Shown in pieces: positions 25,501 to 37,400 of a DNA stretch of 64,000 nt. The notes beneath the pieces are model-generated. The model did not search any database, was not told the DNA's origin, and saw only the letters and a program-made list of their open reading frames with translations. The stretch's first letter is position 1, and every line of letters starts with the position of its first letter. Both the position numbers and the translations under genes were made by a program. The DNA is from the human T2T-CHM13v2.0 reference genome, Homo sapiens, in the NCBI RefSeq assembly GCF_009914755.1, contig NC_060931.1; one strand, 5' to 3'.

Positions 25501-28500
25501 ATATGAGGACAATTGCAGAAAAGGAAATATCTTCGTATAATAACCAGACAGAATCATTCTCAGAAAGTGCTTTGTGATGTGTGCGTTCAACTCACAGAGT
25601 TTAACCTTTCTTTTCATAGAGGAGTTTGGAAACACACTGTTTGTAAAGTCTGCAAGTGGATATATGGTCCTGTTTGAGGCCTTCGTTGGAAACGGGATTT
25701 CTTCATTGAATGCTAGACGGAAGAATTCTCAGTAAATTCTTTGTGTTGTGTGCATTCAACTCACAGAGTGGAACGTCCCTTTAGACAGAGCAGATTTGAA
25801 ACACTCTTTTTGCGGAATTTGCAAGTGGAGATTTCTAGCCATTTGATGCCAACAGTAGAAAGGGAAATATCTTCAAATAAAAACCAGACAGAATCATTCT
25901 CAGAAAATTCTTTGTGATGTGTGCGTTCAACTCACATAGTTTAACCTTTCTTTTCATAGAGCAGTTTGGAAACACTCTGTTTGTAAAGTCTGCAAGTGGA
26001 TATATGGACCGCATTGAGGCCTTCGTTGGAAACGGGATTTCTTCATTTCATGCTAGACAGAAGAATTCTCAGTAACTTCTTTGTGCTGTGTGTATTCAAC
26101 TCACAGAGTGGAACGTCCCTTTGCACAGAGCAGATTTGAAACACTCTTTTTGTGGAGTTTGCAAGTGGAGATTTCAAGCGATTTGATGCCAACAGTAGAA
26201 AAGGAAATATCTTCAAATAAAAACTAGACAGAATCATTCTCAGAAACTACTTTGTGATGTGTGCCTTCAACTCACAGAGTTTAACCTTTCTTTTCTTAGA
26301 GCAGTTTAGAAACACTCTGCTTGTTATGTCTGCAAGTGGATATTTGGACCTCTTTGAGGCCTTCGTTGCAAACGGGGTTTCTTCCTTTCATGCTAGACTA
26401 AGAAGAGTTCTCAGTAACTTTTTTGTGTTGTGTGTATTCAACTCACAGAGTTGAACCTTGCTTTAGAGAGAGCAGATTTGAAACACTCTTGCTGTGGCAT
26501 TTTCAGGTGGAGATTTCAAGCGATTTGAGGACAATTGCAGAAAAGGAAATATCTTCGTATAATAACCAGACAGAATCATTCTCAGAAAGTGCTTTGTGAT
26601 GTGTGCGTTCAACTCACAGAGTTTAACCTTTCTTTTCATAGAGGAGTTTGGAAACACACTGTTTGTAAAGTCTGCAAGTGGATACATGGACCTGTTTGAG
26701 GCCTTCGTTGGAAACGGGATTTCTTCATTGAATGCTAGACGGAAGAATTCTCAGTAAATTCTTTGTGTTGTGTGCATTCAACTCACAGAGTGGAACGTCC
26801 CTTTAGACAGAGCAGATTTGAAACACTCTTTTTGCGGAATTTGCAAGTGGAGATTTCTAGCCATTTGATGCCAACAGTAGAAAGGGAAATATCTTCAAAT
26901 AAAAACCAGACAGAATCATTCTCAGAAAATTCTTTGTGATGTGTGCGTTCAACTCACATAGTTTAACCTTTCTTTTCATAGAGCAGTTTGGAAACACTCT
27001 GTTTGTAAAGTCTGCAAGTGGATATATGGACCGCATTGAGGCCTTCGTTGGAAACGGGATTTCTTCATTTCATGCTAGACAGAAGAATTCTCAGTAACTT
27101 CTTTGTGCTGTGTGTATTCAACTCACAGAGTGGAACGTCCCTTTGCACAGAGCAGATTTGAAACACTCTTTTTGTGGAGTTTGCAAGTGGAGATTTCAAG
27201 CGATTTGATGCCAACAGTAGAAAAGGAAATATCTTCAAATAAAAACTAGACAGAATCATTCTCAGAAACTACTTTGTGATGTGTGCCTTCAACTCACAGA
27301 GTTTAACCTTTCTTTTCTTAGAGCAGTTTAGAAACACTCTGCTTGTTATGTCTGCAAGTGGATATTTGGACCTCTTTGAGGCCTTCGTTGCAAACGGGGT
27401 TTCTTCCTTTCATGCTAGACTAAGAAGAGTTCTCAGTAACTTTTTTGTGTTGTGTGTATTCAACTCACAGAGTTGAACCTTGCTTTAGAGAGAGCAGATT
27501 TGAAACACTCTTGCTGTGGCATTTTCAGGTGGAGATTTCAAGCGATTTGAGGACAATTGCAGAAAAGGAAATATCTTCGTATAATAACCAGACAGAATCA
27601 TTCTCAGAAAGTGCTTTGTGATGTGTGCGTTCAACTCACAGAGTTTAACCTTTCTTTTCATAGAGGAGTTTGGAAACACACTGTTTGTAAAGTCTGCAAG
27701 TGGATATATGGACCTGTTTGAGGCCTTCGTTGGAAACGGGATTTCTTCATTGAATGCTAGACGGAAGAATTCTCAGTAAATTCTTTGTGTTGTGTGCATT
27801 CAACTCACAGAGTGGAACGTCCCTTTAGACAGAGCAGATTTGAAACACTCTTTTTGCGGAATTTGCAAGTGGAGATTTCTAGCCATTTGATGCCAACAGT
27901 AGAAAGGGAAATATCTTCAAATAAAAACCAGACAGAATCATTCTCAGAAAATTCTTTGTGATGTGTGCGTTCAACTCACATAGTTTAACCTTTCTTTTCA
28001 TAGAGCAGTTTGGAAACACTCTGTTTGTAAAGTCTGCAAGTGGATATATGGACCGCATTGAGGCCTTCGTTGGAAACGGGATTTCTTCATTTCATGCTAG
28101 ACAGAAGAATTCTCAGTAACTTCTTTGTGCTGTGTGTATTCAACTCACAGAGTGGAACGTCCCTTTACACAGAGCAGATTTGAAACACTCTTTTTGTGGA
28201 GTTTGCAAGTGGAGATTTCAAGCGATTTGATGCCAACAGTAGAAAAGGAAATATCTTCAAATAAAAACTAGACAGAATCATTCTCAGAAACTACTTTGTG
28301 ATGTGTGCCTTCAACTCACAGAGTTTAACCTTTCTTTTCTTAGAGCAGTTTAGAAACACTCTGCTTGTTATGACTGCAAGTGGATATTTGGACCTCTTTG
28401 AGGCCTTCGTTGCAAACGGGGTTTCTTCCTTTCATGCTAGACTAAGAAGAGTTCTCAGTAACTTTTTTGTGTTGTGTGTATTCAACTCACAGAGTTGAAC

Positions 28501-31430
28501 CTTGCTTTAGAGAGAGCAGATTTGAAACACTCTTGCTGTGGCATTTTCAGGTGGAGATTTCAAGCGATTTGAGGACAATTGCAGAAAAGGAAATATCTTC
28601 GTATAATAACCAGACAGAATCATTCTCAGAAAGTGCTTTGTGATGTGTGCGTTCAACTCACAGAGTTTAACCTTTCTTTTCATAGAGGAGTTTGGAAACA
28701 CACTGTTTGTAAGGACTGCAAGTGGATATATGGACCTGTTTGAGGCCTTCGTTGGAAACGGGATTTCTTCATTGAATGCTAGACGGAAGAATTCTCAGTA
28801 AATTCTTTGTGTTGTGTGCATTCAACTCACAGAGTGGAACGTCCCTTTAGACACAGCAGATTTGAAACACTCTTTTTGCGGAATTTGCAAGTGGAGATTT
28901 CTAGCCATTTGATGCCAACAGTAGAAAGGGAAATATCTTCAAATAAAAACCAGACAGAATCATTCTCAGCAAATTCTTTGTGGTGTGTGCGTTCAACTCA
29001 CATAGTTTAACCTTTCTTTTCATAGAGCAGTTTGGAAACACTCTGTTTGTAAAGTCTGCAAGTGGATATATGGACCGCATTGAGGCCTTCGTTGGAAACG
29101 GGATTTCTTCATTTCATGCTAGACAGAAGAATTCTCAGTAACTTCTTTGTGCTGTGTGTATTCAACTCACAGAGTGGAACGTCCCTTTGCACAGAGCAGA
29201 TTTGAAACACTCTTTTTGTGGAGTTTGCAAGTGGAGATTTCAAGCGATTTGATGCCAACAGTAGAAAAGGAAATATCTTCAAATAAAAACTAGACAGAAT
29301 CATTCTCAGAAACTACTTTGTGATGTGTGCCTTCAACTCACAGAGTTCAACCTTTCTTTTCTTAGAGCAGTTTAGAAACACTCTGCTTGTTATGTATGCA
29401 AGTGGATATTTGGACCTCTTTGAGGCCTTCGTTGCAAACGGGGTTTCTTCCTTTCATGCTAGACTAAGAAGAGTTCTCAGTAACTTTTTTGTGTTGTGTG
29501 TATTCAACTCACAGAGTTGAACCTTGCTTTAGAGAGAGCAGATTTGAAACACTCTTGCTGTGGCATTTTCAGGTGGAGATTTCAAGCGATTTGAGGACAA
29601 TTGCAGAAAAGGAAATATCTTCGTATAATAACCAGACAGAATCATTCTCAGAAAGTGCTTTGTGATGTGTGCGTTCAACTCACAGAGTTTAACCTTTCTT
29701 TTCATAGAGGAGTTTGGAAACACACTGTTTGTAAAGTCTGCAAGTGGATACATGGACCTGTTTGAGGCCATCGTTGGAAACGGGATTTCTTCATTGAATG
29801 CTAGACGTAAGAATTCTCAGTAAATTCTTTGTGTTGTGTGCATTCAACTCACAGAGTGGAACGTCCCTTTAGACACAGCAGATTTGAAACACTCTTTTTG
29901 CGGAATTTGCAAGTGGAGATTTCTAGCCATTTGATGCCAACAGTAGAAAGGGAAATATCTTCAAATAAAAACCAGACAGAATCATTCTCAGAAAATTCTT
30001 TGTGATGTGTGCGTTCAACTCACATAGTTTAACCTTTCTTTTCATAGAGCAGTTTGGAAACACTCTGTTTGTAAAGTCTGCAAGTGGATATATGGACCGC
30101 ATTGAGGCCTTCGTTGGAAACGGGATTTCTTCATTTCATGCTAGACAGAAGAATTCTCAGTAACTTCTTTGTGCTGTGTGTATTCAACTCACAGAGTGGA
30201 ACGTCCCTTTGCAGAGAGCAGATTTGAAACACTCTTTTTGTGGAGTTTGCAAGTGGAGATTTCAAGCAATTTGATGCCAACAGTAGAAAAGGAAATATCT
30301 TCAAATAAAAACTAGACAGAATCATTCTCAGAAACTACTTTGTGATGTGTGCCTTCAACTCACAGAGTTTAACCTTTCTTTTCTTAGAGCAGTTTAGAAA
30401 CACTCTGCTTGTTACGTCTGCAAGTGGATATTTGGACCTCTTTGAGGCCTTCGTTGCAAACGGGGTTTCTTCCTTTCATGCTAGACTAAGAAGAGTTCTC
30501 AGTAACTTTTTTGTGTTGTGTGTATTCAACTCACAGAGTTGAACCTTGCTTTAGAGAGAGCAGATTTGAAACACTCTTGCTGTGGCATTTTCAGGTGGAG
30601 ATTTCAAGCGATTTGAGGACTATTGCAGAAAAGGAAATATCTTCGTATAATAACCAGACAGAATCATTCTCAGAAAGTGCTTTGTGATGTGTGCGTTCAA
30701 CTCACAGAGTTTAACCTTTCTTTTCATAGAGGAGTTTGGAAACACACTGTTTGTAAAGTCTGCAAGTGGATATATGGACCTGTTTGAGGCCTTCGTTGGA
30801 AACGGGATTTCTTCATTGAATGCTAGACGGAAGAATTCTCAGTAAATTCTTTGTGTTGTGTGCATTCAACTCACAGAGTGGAACGTCCCTTTAGACAGAG
30901 CAGATTTGAAACACTCTTTTTGCGGAATTTGCAAGTGGAGATTTCTAGCCATTTGATGCCAACAGTAGAAAGGGAAATATCTTCAAATAAAAACCAGACA
31001 GAATCATTCTCAGAAAATTCTTTGTGATGTGTGCGTTCAACTCACATAGTTTAACCTTTCTTTTCATAGAGCAGTTTGGAAACACTCTGTTTGTAAAGTC
31101 TGCAAGTGGATATATGGACCGCATTGAGGCCTTCGTTGGAAACGGGATTTCTTCATTTCATGCTAGACAGAAGAATTCTCAGTAACTTCTTTGTGCTGTG
31201 TGTATTCAACTCACAGAGTGGAACGTCCCTTTGCACAGAGCAGATTTGAAACACTCTTTTTGTGGAGTTTGCAAGTGGAGATTTCAAGCGATTTGATGCC
31301 AACAGTAGAAAAGGAAATATCTTCAAATAAAAACTAGACAGAATCATTCTCAGAAACTACTTTGTGATGTGTGCCTTCAACTCACAGAGTTTAACCTTTC
31401 TTTTCTTAGAGCAGTTTAGAAACACTCTGC
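19540..31430 (+). repeat. Near-tandem duplication of a ~6-HOR block (period 6132 bp)
   Basis: Rare variants recur in order at +6132: 22035/28167, 22241/28373, 22581/28713, 23638/29770, 24136/30268 and 24489/30621. Ends are approximate. Confidence 0.9.
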
Positions 31431-34400
31431 TTGTTACGTCTGCAAGTGGATATTTGGACCTCTTTGAGGCCTTCGTTGCAAACGGGGTTTCTTCCTTTCA
31501 TGCTAGACTAAGAAGAGTTCTCAGTAACTTTTTTGTGTTGTGTGTATTCAACTCACAGAGTTGAACCTTGCTTTAGAGAGAGCAGATTTGAAACACTCTT
31601 GCTGTGGCATTTTCAGGTGGAGATTTCAAGCGATTTGAGGACAATTGCAGAAAAGGAAATATCTTCGTATAATAACCAGACAGAATCATTCTCAGAAAGT
31701 GCTTTGTGATGTGTGCGTTCAACTCACAGAGTTTAACCTTTCTTTTCATAGAGGAGTTTGGAAACACACTGTTTGTAAAGTCTGCAAGTGGATACATGGA
31801 CCTGTTTGAGGCCTTCGTTGGAAACGGGATTTCTTCATTGAATGCTAGACGGAAGAATTCTCAGTAAATTCTTTGTGTTGTGTGCATTCAACTCACAGAG
31901 TGGAACGTCCCTTTAGACAGAGCAGATTTGAAACACTCTTTTTGCGGAATTTGCAAGTGGAGATTTCTAGCCATTTGATGCCAACAGTAGAAAGGGAAAT
32001 ATCTTCAAATAAAAACCAGACAGAATCATTCTCAGCAAATTCTTTGTGGTGTGTGCGTTCAACTCACATAGTTTAACCTTTCTTTTCATAGAGCAGTTTG
32101 GAAACACTCTGTTTGTAAAGTCTGCAAGTGGATATATGGACCGCATTGAGGCCTTCGTTGGAAACGGGATTTCTTCATTTCATGCTAGACAGAAGAATTC
32201 TCAGTAACTTCTTTGTGCTGTGTGTATTCAACTCACAGAGTGGAACGTCCCTTTGCACAGAGCAGATTTGAAACACTCTTTTTGTGGAGTTTGCAAGTGG
32301 AGATTTCAAGCGATTTGATGCCAACAGTAGAAAAGGAAATATCTTCAAATAAAAACTAGACAGAATCATTCTCAGAAACTACTTTGTGATGTGTGCCTTC
32401 AACTCACAGAGTTCAACCTTTCTTTTCTTAGAGCAGTTTAGAAACACTCTGCTTGTTATGTATGCAAGTGGATATTTGGACCTCTTTGAGGCCTTCGTTG
32501 CAAACGGGGTTTCTTCCTTTCATGCTAGACTAAGAAGAGTTCTCAGTAACTTTTTTGTGTTGTGTGTATTCAACTCACAGAGTTGAACCTTGCTTTAGAG
32601 AGAGCAGATTTGAAACACTCTTGCTGTGGCATTTTCAGGTGGAGATTTCAAGCGATTTGAGGACAATTGCAGAAAAGGAAATATCTTCGTATAATAACCA
32701 GACAGAATCATTCTCAGAAAGTGCTTTGTGATGTGTGCGTTCAACTCACAGAGTTTAACCTTTCTTTTCATAGAGGAGTTTGGAAACACACTGTTTGTAA
32801 AGTCTGCAAGTGGATACATGGACCTGTTTGAGGCCTTCGTTGGAAACGGGATTTCTTCATTGAATGCTAGACGGAAGAATTCTCAGTAAATTCTTTGGGT
32901 TGTGTGCATTCAACTCACAGAGTGGAACGTCCCTTTAGACAGAGCAGATTTGAAACACTCTTTTTGCGGAATTTGCAAGTGGAGATTTCTAGCCATTTGA
33001 TGCCAACAGTAGAAAGGGAAATATCTTCAAATAAAAACCAGACAGAATCATTCTCAGAAAATTCTTTGTGATGTGTGCGTTCAACTCACATAGTTTAACC
33101 TTTCTTTTCATAGAGCAGTTTGGAAACACTCTGTTTGTAAAGTCTGCAAGTGGATATATGGAACTCTTTGAGGCCTTCGTTGGAAACGGGATTTCTTCAT
33201 TTCATGCTAGACAGAAGAATTCTCAGTAACTTCTTTGTGCTGTGTGTATTCAACTCACAGAGTGGAACGTCCCTTTGCACAGAGCAGATTTGAAACACTC
33301 TTTTTGTGGAGTTTGCAAGTGGAGATTTCAAGCGATTTGATGCCAACAGTAGAAAAGGAAATATCTTCAAATAAAAACTAGACAGAATCATTCTCAGAAA
33401 CTACTTTGTGATGTGTGCCTTCAACTCACAGAGTTTAACCTTTCTTTTCTTAGAGCAGTTTAGAAACACTCTGCTTGTTATGTCTGCAAGTGGATATTTG
33501 GACCTCTTTGAGGCCTTCGTTGCAAACGGGGTTTCTTCCTTTCATGCTAGACTAAGAAGAGTTCTCAGTAACTTTTTTGTGTTGTGTGTATTCAACTCAC
33601 AGAGTTGAACCTTGCTTTAGAGAGAGCAGATTTGAAACACTCTCGCTGTGGAATTTTCAGGTGGAGATTTCAAGCGATTTGAGGACAATTGCAGAAAAGG
33701 AAATATCTTCGTATAATAACCAGACAGAATCATTCTCAGAAAGTGCTTTGTGATGTGTGCGTTCAACTCACAGAGTTTAACCTTTCTTTTCATAGAGGAG
33801 TTTGGAAACACACTGTTTGTAAAGTCTGCAAGTGGATACATGGACCTGTTTGAGGCCTTCGTTGGAAACGGGATTTCTTCATTGAATGCTAGACGGAAGA
33901 ATTCTCAGTAAATTCTTTGTGTTGTGTGCATTCAACTCACAGAGTGGAACGTCCCTTTAGACAGAGCAGATTTGAAACACTCTTTTTGCGGAATTTGCAA
34001 GTGGAGATTTCTAGCCATTTGATGCCAACAGTAGAAAGGGAAATATCTTCAAATAAAAACCAGACAGAATCATTCTCAGAAAATTCTTTGTGATGTGTGC
34101 GTTGAACTCACATAGTTTAACCTTTCTTTTCATAGAGCAGTTTGGAAACACTCTGTTTGTAAAGTCTGCAAGTGGATATATGGACCGCATTGAGGCCTTC
34201 GTTGGAAACGGGATTTCTTCATTTCATGCTAGACAGAAGAATTCTCAGTAACTTCTTTGTGCTGTGTGTATTCAACTCACAGAGTGGAACGTCCCTTTGC
34301 ACAGAGCAGATTTGAAACACTCTTTTTGTGGAGTTTGCAAGTGGAGATTTCAAGCGATTTGATGCCAACAGTAGAAAAGGAAATATCTTCAAATAAAAAC

Positions 34401-37400
34401 TAGACAGAATCATTCTCAGAAACTACTTTGTGATGTGTGCCTTCAACTCACAGAGTTTAACCTTTCTTTTCTTAGAGCAGTTTAGAAACACTCTGCTTGT
34501 TACGTCTGCAAGTGGATATTTGGACCTCTTTGAGGCCTTCGTTGCAAACGGGGTTTCTTCCTTTCATGCTAGACTAAGAAGAGTTCTCAGTAACTTTTTT
34601 GTGTTGTGTGTATTCAACTCACAGAGTTGAACCTTGCTTTAGAGAGAGCAGATTTGAAACACTCTTGCTGTGGCATTTTCAGGTGGAGATTTCAAGCGAT
34701 TTGAGGACAATTGCAGAAAAGGAAATATCTTCGTATAATAACCAGACAGAATCATTCTCAGAAAGTGCTTTGTGATGTGTGCGTTCAACTCACAGAGTTT
34801 AACCTTTCTTTTCATAGAGGAGTTTGGAAACACACTGTTTGTAAAGTCTGCAAGTGGATACATGGACCTGTTTGAGGCCTTCGTTGGAAACGGGATTTCT
34901 TCATTGAATGCTAGACGGAAGAATTCTCAGTAAATTCTTTGTGTTGTGTGCATTCAACTCACAGAGTGGAACGTCCCTTTAGACAGAGCAGATTTGAAAC
35001 ACTCTTTTTGCGGAATTTGCAAGTGGAGATTTCTAGCCATTTGATGCCAACAGTAGAAAGGGAAATATCTTCAAATAAAAACCAGACAGAATCATTCTCA
35101 GAAAATTCTTTGTGATGTGTGCGTTCAACTCACATAGTTTAACCTTTCTTTTCATAGAGCAGTTTGGAAACACTCTGTTTGTAAAGTCTGCAAGTGGATA
35201 TATGGACCGCATTGAGGCCTTCGTTGGAAACGGGATTTCTTCATTTCATGCTAGACAGAAGAATTCTCAGTAACTTCTTTGTGCTGTGTGTATTCAACTC
35301 ACAGAGTGGAACGTCCCTTTGCACAGAGCAGATTTGAAACACTCTTTTTGTGGAGTTTGCAAGTGGAGATTTCAAGCGATTTGATGCCAACAGTAGAAAA
35401 GGAAATATCTTCAAATAAAAACTAGACAGAATCATTCTCAGAAACTACTTTGTGATGTGTGCCTTCAACTCACAGAGTTTAACCTTTCTTTTCTTAGAGC
35501 AGTTTAGAAACACTCTGCTTGTTACGTCTGCAAGTGGATATTTGGACCTCTTTGAGGCCTTCGTTGCAAACGGGGTTTCTTCCTTTCATGCTAGACTAAG
35601 AAGAGTTCTCAGTAACTTTTTTGTGTTGTGTGTATTCAACTCACAGAGTTGAACCTTGCTTTAGAGAGAGCAGATTTGAAACACTCTTGCTGTGGCATTT
35701 TCAGGTGGAGATTTCAAGCGATTTGAGGACAATTGCAGAAAAGGAAATATCTTCGTATAATAACCAGACAGAATCATTCTCAGAAAGTGCTTTGTGATGT
35801 GTGCGTTCAACTCACAGAGTTTAACATTTCTTTTCATAGAGGAGTTTGGAAACACACTGTTTGTAAAGTCTGCAAGTGGATACATGGACCTGTTTGAGGC
35901 CTTCGTTGGAAACGGGATTTCTTCATTGAATGCTAGACGGAAGAATTCTCAGTAAATTCTTTGGGTTGTGTGCATTCAACTCACAGAGTGGAACGTCCCT
36001 TTAGACAGAGCAGATTTGAAACACTCTTTTTGCGGAATTTGCAAGTGGAGATTTCTAGCCATTTGATGCCAACAGTAGAAAGGGAAATATCTTCAAATAA
36101 AAACCAGACAGAATCATTCTCAGAAAATTCTTTGTGATGTGTGCGTTCAACTCACATAGTTTAACCTTTCTTTTCATAGAGCAGTTTGGAAACACTCTGT
36201 TTGTAAAGTCTGCAAGTGGATATATGGAACTCTTTGAGGCCTTCGTTGGAAACGGGATTTCTTCATTTCATGCTAGACAGAAGAATTCTCAGTAACTTCT
36301 TTGTGCTGTGTGTATTCAACTCACAGAGTGGAACGTCCCTTTGCACAGAGCAGATTTGAAACACTCTTTTTGTGGAGTTTGCAAGTGGAGATTTCAAGCG
36401 ATTTGATGCCAACAGTAGAAAAGGAAATATCTTCAAATAAAAACTAGACAGAATCATTCTCAGAAACTACTTTGTGATGTGTGCCTTCAACTCACAGAGT
36501 TTAACCTTTCTTTTCTTAGAGCAGTTTAGAAACCCTCTGCTTGTTATGTCTGCAAGTGGATATTTGGACCTCTTTGAGGCCTTCGTTGCAAACGGGGTTT
36601 CTTCCTTTCATGCTAGACTAAGAAGAGTTCTCAGTAACTTTTTTGTGTTGTGTGTATTCAACTCACAGAGTTGAACCTTGCTTTAGAGAGAGCAGATTTG
36701 AAACACTCTCGCTGTGGAATTTTCAGGTGGAGATTTCAAGCGATTTGAGGACAATTGCAGAAAAGGAAATATCTTCGTATAATAACCAGACAGAATCATT
36801 CTCAGAAAGTGCTTTGTGATGTGTGCGTTCAACTCACAGAGTTTAACCTTTCTTTTCATAGAGGAGTTTGGAAACACACTGTTTGTAAAGTCTGCAAGTG
36901 GATACATGGACCTGTTTGAGGCCTTCGTTGGAAACGGGATTTCTTCATTGAATGCTAGACGGAAGAATTCTCAGTAAATTCTTTGTGTTGTGTGCATTCA
37001 ACTCACAGAGTGGAACGTCCCTTTAGACAGAGCAGATTTGAAACACTCTTTTTGCGGAATTTGCAAGTGGAGATTTCTAGCCATTTGATGCCAACAGTAG
37101 AAAGGGAAATATCTTCAAATAAAAACCAGACAGAATCATTCTCAGAAAATTCTTTGTGATGTGTGCGTTCAACTCACATAGTTTAACCTTTCTTTTCATA
37201 GAGCAGTTTGGAAACACTCTGTTTGTAAAGTCTGCAAGTGGATATATGGACCGCATTGAGGCCTTCGTTGGAAACGGGATTTCTTCATTTCATGCTAGAC
37301 AGAAGAATTCTCAGTAACTTCTTTGTGCTGTGTGTATTCAACTCACAGAGTGGAACGTCCCTTTGCACAGAGCAGATTTGAAACACTCTTTTTGTGGAGT

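Noticed and set aside
4952-32076. Sporadic 67-aa plus-strand ORFs (4952, 8018, 17538, 22675, 28807, 31873) found in only some units
   Set aside because: They result from variants that remove a stop codon (TAG>TTG, TGA>TGG) and track the haplotype markers already described. There is no evidence of coding function.
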